DNA from: Streptomyces sp. NBC_00258
Lineage (GTDB): Bacteria > Actinomycetota > Actinomycetes > Streptomycetales > Streptomycetaceae
NCBI RefSeq assembly: GCF_036182465.1
Contig: NZ_CP108081.1
Span: 3,374,349 to 3,406,348, forward strand
Length of the DNA: 32,000 bases
Direction: 5' to 3'
The first letter of the stretch is position 1, and each line of letters begins with the position of its first letter. Under the pieces are notes generated by a model. That model had not been told where the DNA came from, did no database searches, and worked only from the letters and a program-made list of their open reading frames with translations. Shown piece after piece: positions 8,031 to 15,742 of the stretch. A program made the translations under genes and the position numbers.

Positions 8031-9644
8031 TCAGACGACGTCCACGCGCTCCTTCGGGCTCTCCTCCGGCTCCGCCGGCTCCTCCTGGTCGTTCTCGGCG
8101 GCCTTGCGGCCGGGCAGGACCGCGAGGACGATCATGGTTCCGGCGGCCATGATGATCCCGCCGATCAGGCTGGTGTGCGCGACGCCGTGGGCGAAGGCCT
8201 CGTGCACCGCGTCGATCAGGGCCTGCGCCTGCTGGGGTCCGGCGGAGGGGGTCTTCGCGATCTGCTCGGCGACCGCCAGACCGCCGCCGACCGAGTCCTT
8301 GGCCGTCTCCATCGCGGAGGCCGGCAGCTGACCGCCGACCAGGTCGGCAAGCCGGTCCTTGTACGCGGTGGCCAGCAGCGAGCCCAGTACGGCGATGCCG
8401 AGGGAGCCGCCGAGTTCCAGCGCGGTGTCGTTGGCGCCGCCGCCGACGCCCAGCTCGCTCTCCGGGAAGGAGCCCATGATGGTGTCGGTGGCGGGGGACA
8501 CGCTCAGACCGATCGCGAACCCGAGCATCATCATCGGCGCCAGGAAGTCGGCGTACGTGGAGCCCGTGTCGATCCGGGTGAGCAGGAGGACGCCCACGGT
8601 GCCGATGGCCATGCCGGCCACCACCATCGCCTTCATGCCCAGCTTCGGCGTCAGGCGCCCGGTGGCCGCGGCGCCGACGAACACCGCGCCGGCCAGCGGC
8701 AGCAGACGGACGCCGGTCTCCAGCGCGCCGTAGCCGAGGACGAACTGCAGGAACTGGGTGGAGTAGTAGATCGCGCCGAAGGTGCCGAAGAAGAAGAACA
8801 GCACCGCCAGCATCGAGCCGCTGAAGGGACGCTGGGCGAACCTGCGCACGTCCAGCATCGGGTGCGGGTGACGCAGCTCCCAGAGCACGAAGGCCGGCAG
8901 GCCCACGCCCGCGACCACTGCGGCGGTGACCGGGCCGGTGCCCCAGCCGAAGTGCGGGCCCTCGATGATCGCGTAGACGAGCGAGCCGACGGAGACGATC
9001 GACAGCAGTCCGCCCACGTAGTCGATCCGGCCCGCGTTCGCCGCCTTCGACGGCGGCACCAGGACCAGCGCGCCTATCACGGCGACGACGGCGATGGGAA
9101 CGTTGATCAGGAAGGTCGAACCCCAGGCGTGGTCCTCCAGCAGCCAGCCGGCCACCAGCGGGCCGACCGCGATGGCGAGGCCGGAGGTCGCGGTCCAGGC
9201 CGTGATGGCCTTGGCCCGCTCACGCTTCGGGAAGATCGCGACCAGCAGGGACAGCGTGGCCGGCATGACCACCGCAGCGCCGACGCCCATGATCGCCCGG
9301 GCCGTGATCACCAGGCCCGTCCCGTCGACCAGGCTGCCCATCACCGAACCGCCCGCGAAGATCACCAGACCCGCGACGAGGGCACCGCGACGGCTGTACT
9401 TGTCGCCGATCGAGCCGAGGACGAGCATCAGCGCGGCGTAGGGAACGGTGTAGCCGTCGATGACCCACTGCAGGTCACTGCTGCTCAGGCCCAGGTCCTG
9501 GGTCATGTCCGGCGCCGCCACGATCAGTGACGTGTTCGCCATGACCACGATCAGCAGACTCAGACACAGCACCAGCAGGGCGGGCCGGCGCCGCGGGTAC
9601 GGCCCTGTCATCTTCTCGACGGGTGTGTTGGCGAAGAGCGGCAT
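8031..9644 (-). CDS. MFS transporter, DHA2 (EmrB/QacA-like, 14-TMS) drug-efflux type
   Basis: 537 aa and highly hydrophobic. MFS signature region (DLGLSSSDLQWVIDGYTVPYAALMLVLGSIGDKYSRRGALV). GGGAG RBS. Divergent TetR neighbour. Confidence 0.9.
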   Translation of the reverse strand: MPLFANTPVEKMTGPYPRRRPALLVLCLSLLIVVMANTSLIVAAPDMTQDLGLSSSDLQWVIDGYTVPYAALMLVLGSIGDKYSRRGALVAGLVIFAGGSVMGSLVDGTGLVITARAIMGVGAAVVMPATLSLLVAIFPKRERAKAITAWTATSGLAIAVGPLVAGWLLEDHAWGSTFLINVPIAVVAVIGALVLVPPSKAANAGRIDYVGGLLSIVSVGSLVYAIIEGPHFGWGTGPVTAAVVAGVGLPAFVLWELRHPHPMLDVRRFAQRPFSGSMLAVLFFFFGTFGAIYYSTQFLQFVLGYGALETGVRLLPLAGAVFVGAAATGRLTPKLGMKAMVVAGMAIGTVGVLLLTRIDTGSTYADFLAPMMMLGFAIGLSVSPATDTIMGSFPESELGVGGGANDTALELGGSLGIAVLGSLLATAYKDRLADLVGGQLPASAMETAKDSVGGGLAVAEQIAKTPSAGPQQAQALIDAVHEAFAHGVAHTSLIGGIIMAAGTMIVLAVLPGRKAAENDQEEPAEPEESPKERVDVV

Positions 9645-9687
9645 TGGAGGCTCCCAGGGGGTGAGCGGGACGAGCGGGGCGACTTAA

Positions 9688-9732
9688 TTGCCCACTGATG
9701 TGCAGACTAGTTTATTGCTCACCAGTGTGCAA
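9688..9732. promoter_or_regulatory. two related 18-bp imperfect palindromes, candidate TetR operators
   Basis: TTGCCCACTGATGTGCAG (9688-9705) and TTGCTCACCAGTGTGCAA (9715-9732; 14 of 18 positions self-complementary). They sit in the 132-bp MFS/TetR divergent region. Confidence 0.4.
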
Positions 9733-9776
9733 ATATCGCGGTAGTCGTCCCTGCCCCCGCCCGCCGAGGTACCGAT

Positions 9777-10448
9777 GTGACCAGCCCGCCAGCGACGCAC
9801 GAACCCCTCAGCCGTACGGCCCGCGCCACCCGCACGCGCATCCTGGAAGCGGCTCGGCGGGAACTGGGGCGCAACGCCGACAGCAGCCTCGGTGACATAG
9901 CCGAGGCCGCCGGTGTGGCGCGTCGCACCGTCTACGCGCACTTCGCGGGGCGGGCCGCTCTCCTCGGAGGGCTCGCGGCGGAGGCCGGGGAGGCGATACG
10001 CGGCGCGACCGCCGACATCGACACGTCGGCTCCGGATGCCGCGAGGGCCCTGGCGCGTGTCGTCCTCACCCTCTGGCCGGTCGGTGACCGCTATCGCACG
10101 CTCATCGGGCTCGCCCGCCAGGACCTGAGGGCCAGCGGGTTCAGCGAACTCCTGACTCCCGTGCGCGACATGGTCGCCGGGATCCTCGCCCGTGGCCAAC
10201 GGCAGGGCGTCTTCCACACCGGCGTCCCGCCCGGCCCGCTCAGCAGAGCCCTCGAAGCGCACATTCTGGCCCTCCTCGACAGCGTCAACTCCGGGATCTG
10301 GGCCGACGACGGCTCGGGCACCGCCACCACCGCTCTGATCGCCGCGGGCGCCGACCGCGATGTCGCGGCCTCGACGGTTCGCCGCCTCTGCGACGCCAAC
10401 CAGCCCGGGTGCCAAGCGACTCGGGCACGCAACTCGGGTGCCGAGTAA
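9777..10448 (+). CDS. TetR/AcrR family transcriptional regulator (GTG start)
   Basis: 223 aa. TetR HTH (TRILEAARRELGRNADSSLGDIAEAAGVARRTVYAHFAGRAALL). Divergent from the MFS pump. Confidence 0.9.
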   Translation: MTSPPATHEPLSRTARATRTRILEAARRELGRNADSSLGDIAEAAGVARRTVYAHFAGRAALLGGLAAEAGEAIRGATADIDTSAPDAARALARVVLTLWPVGDRYRTLIGLARQDLRASGFSELLTPVRDMVAGILARGQRQGVFHTGVPPGPLSRALEAHILALLDSVNSGIWADDGSGTATTALIAAGADRDVAASTVRRLCDANQPGCQATRARNSGAE

Positions 10449-10490
10449 CCCGGGCGCCCAGCGACCCCGTACAACGCGACAGGAGAACTC

Positions 10491-11332
10491 ATGTACCGCC
10501 CCCATCCCGAATACCGCGACGACTTCGCGTACCAGCCGGACGCCACTCGGACGCACCGGCTACCGCTCGTCATCGCGCTCGCCGCCCTGTGCGCGCTGAT
10601 CCTCGTCCCCGTGGTGGTCGACCGTGTCGCGACGGCGCGGGTGGAGTCGGGTACGGCCGAGGCGTTCCAGGAGGGCATGGGCACATCCACGCGGCCCAAG
10701 GTCCATGTGCGGGGCTTCCCCGTGCTGACCCAGGTGGTCTCCGGCACCCTGCGGCACGTGGACATCAGCGCTCACGACATACCCGCCGACGAGGCCACCC
10801 GTCCGCTGCCGGTGACCGAACTCGACCTCGGGCTCGACGACTTGCGGAAGTCGGACGACGGCAGCGAGGCACGGGCACGCAGTGCCGAAGCGACCGCCCG
10901 GCTGTCGTACACCGATGTGTCCGACGCCCTCGGTCCTGAGGTGTCCCAGGGCGACCGGCCCGGCCGGATCGGCGGAGGATCGCGATGCCGTTCGGCGACG
11001 GGATCACCGTGACGGTGAAGGTGTCGGCGGTCTCCGGCAACCGCATCGCCTTCGAGGATTTCCGGGTGACGAGCGGTGTACTGCCCGACGCCGGTCAGGC
11101 GCTGCTCGACAAGGTCTTCGAGCAGCCGATCCGGCTGCGGAACATTCCCGACGGCCTACGTCTTCGCTCGGTCGCCACCTCGACCGACGGCCTCACCGCC
11201 CGCTTCTCGGGCACGTCGGTCACCTTCCGCCCCGACCACGCGGCACAGAGCGGCGCCTCTCAGGGCGACTCGGCGCAGGGAAATTCGGTGTGGCGGAACG
11301 CGCATGGGGCGGAAGGCGCAGGGGTGCGATGA
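10491..11332 (+). pseudogene. DUF2993 (LmeA-like, membrane-anchored) protein split by a frameshift near 10960-10985
   Basis: ORF 10491-11012 carries AGGAGA RBS, a TM anchor (LPLVIALAALCALILVPVVV) and VHVRGFPVLTQVVSGTLRHVDI. ORF 10985-11332 carries GITVTVKVSAVSGNRIAFEDF...IPDGLRLRSVATSTDGLTARFSG. These look like the N- and C-halves of one ~280-aa DUF2993 protein, now in different frames. Confidence 0.6.
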
Positions 11333-11346
11333 CCGCCCGCGCCCGC

Positions 11347-11934
11347 TCAGCGGCCGCGCAGAGCGGCCAGTGTGGCCTCCAGGTCGGCCGCGCGAGGGCG
11401 GTTGTGCGGCAGCTTGCCGAGCAGGACGGCCATGGTGCAGGTGTTGGTGAGCGCGGAGAGGACCAGGCCGCCCGCGACCCCGGCCGAGAGGAGCTGGAAG
11501 GCCGGGTGGACGAACAGTCCCAGGGCCAGTCCGACGAGTACGAGCGTGCCGGCGGTGAGGCGCACCTGGCGTTCCATGGCCCAGACGACGCGGGCACCGG
11601 AGGCCGGGGGCCGGTCCAGGTCGTTCCCCTCGGCAGCCCACGCGGTCGTGCCGCCGGCAAGGGTCGCCGCGGCGATGTCCTCTCCGGCCAGGAGTTCGCA
11701 GGCTGCCTGGGAGCGGTTGCCGGAGGCACACACCATCAGGACGTCACCGCGCTCGGCGGCATGCCGTAGTCCGGGCAGCACCCGCCGCACCTGGTCCAGC
11801 GGGATGTTCAGGGCGCCGGGCAGATGACCCGAGGCGTACTCGCCCGGCGTCCGTACGTCGATGACGGTGAGGTCGTGCAGCCGGCTGCGGGCCTGGCCGA
11901 CGCCGAGGACGACGGGCGTGGGGGAAACGGTCAT
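11347..11934 (-). CDS. rhodanese-domain sulfurtransferase fused to a DUF2892 (YgaP-like) membrane domain
   Basis: Composite ORF 11347-12813 trimmed to ATG 11934, which has AGGAG upstream. Rhodanese active-site loop VLMVCASGNRS. C-terminal membrane part with the LTNTC motif (ERQVRLTAGTLVLVGLALGL...SALTNTCTMAVLLGKLP). Confidence 0.85.
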   Translation of the reverse strand: MTVSPTPVVLGVGQARSRLHDLTVIDVRTPGEYASGHLPGALNIPLDQVRRVLPGLRHAAERGDVLMVCASGNRSQAACELLAGEDIAAATLAGGTTAWAAEGNDLDRPPASGARVVWAMERQVRLTAGTLVLVGLALGLFVHPAFQLLSAGVAGGLVLSALTNTCTMAVLLGKLPHNRPRAADLEATLAALRGR

Positions 11935-11962
11935 GACTGAGGTGCTCCTGTTGTGTCGGTAG

Positions 11963-11996
11963 GTACTGGAGGCTGGAGTTACTGGAGTTACTGGAG
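11963..11996. repeat. 9-bp tandem repeat (minus-strand CTCCAGTAA x2 plus two degenerate CTCCAG copies)
   Basis: Plus strand reads GTACTGGAGGCTGGAGTTACTGGAGTTACTGGAG. It lies in the 83-nt TauE/rhodanese intergenic gap, just 5' of the rhodanese RBS. Confidence 0.7.
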
Positions 11997-12017
11997 TGAT
12001 CGCGTGGCTGAAGCCGG

Positions 12018-12764
12018 TCACACCGCCGTGTCGATGAGCATCAGGGCGGCCACCGCGAGCAGCACCAGGGCGAAGACCCGTTGGAGCGTGGGGCTGGACA
12101 CCTTCGCGGCGAGGCGTTTGCCGTCCCACGCGCCGAGGATCGCGGCCCCGGCGAAGGGCGCGATGACGGCCCAGTCCAGGCCGTCGGCCGTACCGGCGCG
12201 CATCACGAGCGCGGCGAGCGAGTTGACGGTGATGACGAGCAGGCTGGTGCCCACCGCCTCCCTCATCCGCAGACCGAGTACGCCCACGAGCGCCGGTACG
12301 GCGAGGAAGCCGCCGCCGACTCCGAGTACGCCGGTGACCGCGCCGAGCCCGCCACCGGCCGCCGCGGCCCGGACGGACCGGACCGGACGGGCGTCGTCCG
12401 GACCCTGCCGGGAGCGCAGCATGCGGGCCGCCGCCACCGCCGCGACCACGGCGAAGGCCCCGGTCAACGCGGCGTCCGGCAGCCGACCCGCTACCGCGCC
12501 GCCCAGCAGCGCCGGGCCGATGCCCGCCGCCGCGAGGAGCGCCCCCGTACGCCAGCGGACCTGGCCGTCGCGGGCGTGGCCGAACAGTGCCGTGGCCGAG
12601 GTGGCGGTCACGATGAGGAGGCTCGCGGTGCTGGCCGCGACCGGGGTAAAACCGAGCAGATAGATCAGGGCGGGGACGGCCAGGACACTGCCGCCGCCTC
12701 CGAGCGCGCCGAGCGCCAGCCCGATGACGGCACCGGCAGTCAGGGCGAGTATGAGAGGGCTCAC
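12018..12764 (-). CDS. TauE/SafE family sulfite/organosulfonate exporter (DUF81)
   Basis: 248 aa polytopic membrane protein with the GGGGS motif (GLALGALGGGGSVLAVPALIYLLG) repeated in the second half (VLGVGGGFLAVPALV). GTG start. Confidence 0.9.
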   Translation of the reverse strand: MSPLILALTAGAVIGLALGALGGGGSVLAVPALIYLLGFTPVAASTASLLIVTATSATALFGHARDGQVRWRTGALLAAAGIGPALLGGAVAGRLPDAALTGAFAVVAAVAAARMLRSRQGPDDARPVRSVRAAAAGGGLGAVTGVLGVGGGFLAVPALVGVLGLRMREAVGTSLLVITVNSLAALVMRAGTADGLDWAVIAPFAGAAILGAWDGKRLAAKVSSPTLQRVFALVLLAVAALMLIDTAV

Positions 12765-12965
12765 GCCACCGTGCCGTTCTCAGGGCTGTCGGCACCACCG
12801 CCGCTCGCCGCACCGTTGGGACTGTGCCCGGTGGAGGCCGCCGCCCGGTGCACGGTGACCCGGCCGGGAGCGCGGGGCAGGGGGAGAGGATTCATGGGCA
12901 CGGGCTCGCTTCTTTCTGATGATGGACGGCGGTTGCCGCGCGAGGGCGGGACCCGTTTGGGAACT

Positions 12966-13148
12966 GGCCCGAGGGGAGGTCCGGGCCCCGCGCGGTCTGC
13001 CCCGCGTGAACGCGGATCCCAGGTGCGGACCGGACCCGCGTGAGGGCTGATCCCAGGCGCGGACCGGACCCGCGGAAGGCTGGTCCCAGGTGAGGTCCGG
13101 GCCTGTGGGAGACCGACCCCGGTGAGGCAGCCCTCTCGTACCGGTGGG
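12966..13148. repeat. tandem ~33-bp repeats: two near-identical core copies at 13015-13081 flanked by degenerate copies
   Basis: GATCCCAGGTGCGGACCGGACCCGCGTGAGGGCT (13015-13048) is followed by GATCCCAGGCGCGGACCGGACCCGCGGAAGGCT (13049-13081), then GGTCCCAGGTGAGGTCCGGGCCTGTGGGAGACC (13082-13114). Weaker copies lie on both sides. Confidence 0.7.
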
Positions 13149-13151
13149 TGT

Positions 13152-14528
13152 TCAGACGGTCCGGACGGTGAGGCCGGCCTTCTCCGCCGCGGTGAACGCG
13201 TCGTCCACGGCGACGACTTCACGGCCCGCCGCGTCCAGCAGGGAGGCGGCGATGGCGGCGCGCATGCCGCCCGCGCAGTGCACCCACACCTCGCCCGCGG
13301 GAATCTCGCCGAGCCGTCCGTGCAGGGCATGGACCGGGATGTGGACCGAGCCCTCGATGAAGCCGCCGGCGCGTTCGGAGGCCCGCCGGACGTCCAGTAC
13401 GACAGGGCCGTCACCGGGGTGGCGACCGACGAGGTCGGCGAGATCGGCGAACGTGGCCCGGCGGAATGCGGCCAGGGGCTCGCCCCCGCGCACCCATGCC
13501 GAGGGTTCACCGGTGGCCGCGGCGGCCGGACGGTCGACGCCGACCCGGACCAACTCGCGCTGGGCGGCGGCCAGTTGCCCGGCCGATTCGGCGAGCAGCG
13601 TCACCGGCTTGCCCCATGGGATCAACCAGGCCAGATAGGTGGCCAGTTGCCCCTCGGCCTCGAAGTTGAACGAGCCCGCGACATGCCCTTCGGCGAACGC
13701 GACCCGGTTTCGCAGATCGACCACCCACTCCCCCGCGGCCAGCCGGGCGGCGATCTCGTCGGCGTCGGCCACGGCCGGTGGGGTGAGGTCGACGGGCGCG
13801 GGCCCCGCGGCGTTGGCCGGGCCCATGTGCGCGTAGTAGGCGGGGACTTCGTCCAGCCCCGCCAGCAGATCGGCGACGAAGGTGTCCACGTCCCGGCCGA
13901 GCGCCTCGTTGGCCGACTTCTCCTTGCCGATGGTGGTGGCACCGCCCTCGGCCCGGCCGGCGGAACAGAAGCTGCCGAAGCCGTGGGTGGGCAACACCGC
14001 TGTCTCGTCGGGGAGTTCGTCCGCGAGCCTGCGGGCGGAGGCGTGCTGGGCGCGGGCCAGGTCCTCGGTCAGGCGGGGTTCGACGAGGTCGGGGCGTCCG
14101 ACCGTACCGATGAGCAGCGAACCCCCGGTGAAGACCGCGACCGCCGCCCCGGCCTCCTCCAGGACGTACGAGGTGTGGTGCGGGGTGTGGCCCGGGGTCG
14201 CCAGCGCGCGCAGGGCCAGACCCGCGCCGGCGTCGACGACCGTCCTGTCCCCGTCGCGCACGGGTGTCCGCTCGAAGAAGACACGGGCTCCGGCCGGAAC
14301 GAGGTAGGCCGCGCCCGTGAGCCGGGCCAGCTCCGGACCGCCGGTGACGTAGTCGTTGTGCACGTGCGTCTCGACCACGTGCGCTATCCGCACGCCCCGC
14401 CGGGCCGCGGCCGCGATCACCTGGTCGACGTCACGCGGCGGATCGATCACGACGGCCTCCCGCTCGCCGCCCGCCAGATAGCTGCGGTTGCCGAGCCCCG
14501 CCACCTCGATGGTGTCAACGAAGAACAC
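13152..14528 (-). CDS. MBL-fold persulfide-dioxygenase-like protein fused to two rhodanese domains (CstB-like)
   Basis: ORF 13152-14783 trimmed to GTG 14528, with GGAAGGAG 8 nt upstream. MBL motif VVETHVHNDYVTGG and ATPGHTPHHTSY. C-terminal rhodanese with catalytic loop VWVHCAGGMRAA. Confidence 0.85.
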   Translation of the reverse strand: MFFVDTIEVAGLGNRSYLAGGEREAVVIDPPRDVDQVIAAAARRGVRIAHVVETHVHNDYVTGGPELARLTGAAYLVPAGARVFFERTPVRDGDRTVVDAGAGLALRALATPGHTPHHTSYVLEEAGAAVAVFTGGSLLIGTVGRPDLVEPRLTEDLARAQHASARRLADELPDETAVLPTHGFGSFCSAGRAEGGATTIGKEKSANEALGRDVDTFVADLLAGLDEVPAYYAHMGPANAAGPAPVDLTPPAVADADEIAARLAAGEWVVDLRNRVAFAEGHVAGSFNFEAEGQLATYLAWLIPWGKPVTLLAESAGQLAAAQRELVRVGVDRPAAAATGEPSAWVRGGEPLAAFRRATFADLADLVGRHPGDGPVVLDVRRASERAGGFIEGSVHIPVHALHGRLGEIPAGEVWVHCAGGMRAAIAASLLDAAGREVVAVDDAFTAAEKAGLTVRTV

Positions 14529-14554
14529 GTCGGGCACTCCTTCCGAACGAAAAT

Positions 14555-14601
14555 TACCCCCGGGGGTATATGAGGGACAGTAGCATGTACCCCCGGGGGT
14601 A
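14555..14601. promoter_or_regulatory. two identical perfect palindromes TACCCCCGGGGGTA (CsoR/CstR/RcnR-type operator architecture)
   Basis: Sites at 14555-14568 and 14588-14601, centres 33 bp apart. The proximal site lies 10 nt upstream of the RBS of the MBL-rhodanese gene. Confidence 0.55.
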
Positions 14602-14637
14602 TTTGAAAGCTGTTCGAAAGGCCGAGGAACGGACAGA

Positions 14638-15043
14638 TCAGGCGGCCCGGTCGCGCGGCTCGGAGGCTGGATCCGCGTGCCCACGTGCCCACGTGCCCGC
14701 GTATGGCCGGCGCGTCGGCCTCGGCTAGCAGGCCGACGAGGGTGGCGCGGGCCACGCGGGAGCGCACGGTTCCGACAGGGCATTCACTGAGCTCGGCCGC
14801 CTCCGCGCAGGGCAGCCCCATCAGCCGGGAGAGAACGAACGCCTCACGGCGTGCCCCGGGCAGCGCGGCCAGCAGATCGAGCAGCGCGACCCCGTCGCCG
14901 AAGCCGGGCAGGCCGGAAGCCGCGCAGCGCGGGCGGCACCAGTTTCCGCAGTGGCGCGCCCGCGATCGCGCCGGCACCCGCGACGGCCCCCGCGCTCGGG
15001 GCGGATTGTCGGGACTCGCCCATGCCGGTTCTCGGGATCGCAC
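14638..15043 (-). pseudogene. relic of an ECF-type sigma factor (only the region-4 HTH is recognisable, about 14714-14899)
   Basis: The minus frame of ORF 14447-15043 reads GDGVALLDLLAALPGARREAFVLSRLMGLPCAEAAELSECPVGTVRSRVARATLVGLL, a sigma70_r4-like segment. No region 2 fits in the ~220 nt before the next gene. The frame has no stop until it overlaps the operators and the next CDS. Confidence 0.4.
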
Positions 15044-15124
15044 GGCAGCGGCCGGTCCGGGCCGTGACGGTCCAGAAGTCGGGCGCGCACCCCTGTGAGT
15101 TCCGGCGCGGGCCTACGGCGTGCG

Positions 15125-15742
15125 TCACTCGGTCGGTGCTGTCACTCCTCCTGGCCGGTGCGGCATCCGTACGTCGACGGCCGTGAGCGCCAGCGCCAGC
15201 GGTCCCGGCGCCAGGAACGCCAGCGGCAGCAGCATCCAGGCGCACAACGCGGCCGCCGCGACGGCGAGCAGGACGAGACCGCTGCCACCCACGTCCCGTA
15301 CGGAGTCCCGGGCGGCCCCGACCACGGCCGCCCGCCAGTCGGTGAGCGACTCCGGGCGCCCGCAGGCGCGAAGGCCCACGACGGCCGCGTACGTGCCGAT
15401 GGCGGCGGCGGCGAAAGCGAACAGCGGGGCGCCCGGCAGTCCGGCGCGTGCCAGGGCGAGGTCCGCCCAGAGCAGCAGGACGCCGGCCAGGGACAGCGCC
15501 CCGGCAGCGAGGTCCCCGGCGCGCAGGCGTCGTCGCAGCGTCGTCAAGTACCGCCCCGCCGTGGCCGGTTGGTCCTCGCGGGCGCCGCGCAGGACCGCGC
15601 AGGCCGTGGACAGCGCCGCCGGCAAGGTGACGACCGGCAGCGACACCAGGGCCGTGCAGACGCCGACGCTCAGCACGTCCGCGAACAGCGTCATGCGCGG
15701 CCCGAAGATCTCGCCCGTCTCGCGGGCCTGTCCGGCGCTCAT
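15125..15742 (-). CDS. DUF624 (YesL-like) membrane protein accompanying the sugar ABC permeases
   Basis: ORF 15125-16498 trimmed to ATG 15742, which overlaps the permease stop as ATGA. 205 aa with multiple TM segments (LSVGVCTALVSLPVVTLPAALSTACAVLR). Confidence 0.6.
   Translation of the reverse strand: MSAGQARETGEIFGPRMTLFADVLSVGVCTALVSLPVVTLPAALSTACAVLRGAREDQPATAGRYLTTLRRRLRAGDLAAGALSLAGVLLLWADLALARAGLPGAPLFAFAAAAIGTYAAVVGLRACGRPESLTDWRAAVVGAARDSVRDVGGSGLVLLAVAAAALCAWMLLPLAFLAPGPLALALTAVDVRMPHRPGGVTAPTE

Noticed and set aside
10985-11332. Treating 10985-11332 as an independent 115-aa gene.
   Set aside because: It lacks an RBS and an N-terminal anchor of its own. It corresponds to the C-terminal half of DUF2993 proteins, whose N-terminal half is the preceding ORF, so a frameshifted single gene is the simpler reading.
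12966-13148. CRISPR array as an explanation for the 33-bp tandem repeats (and for the 9-bp and 8-bp repeats).
   Set aside because: The repeats are directly adjacent with no unique spacers, there are few copies and they are degenerate, and no cas genes are present.
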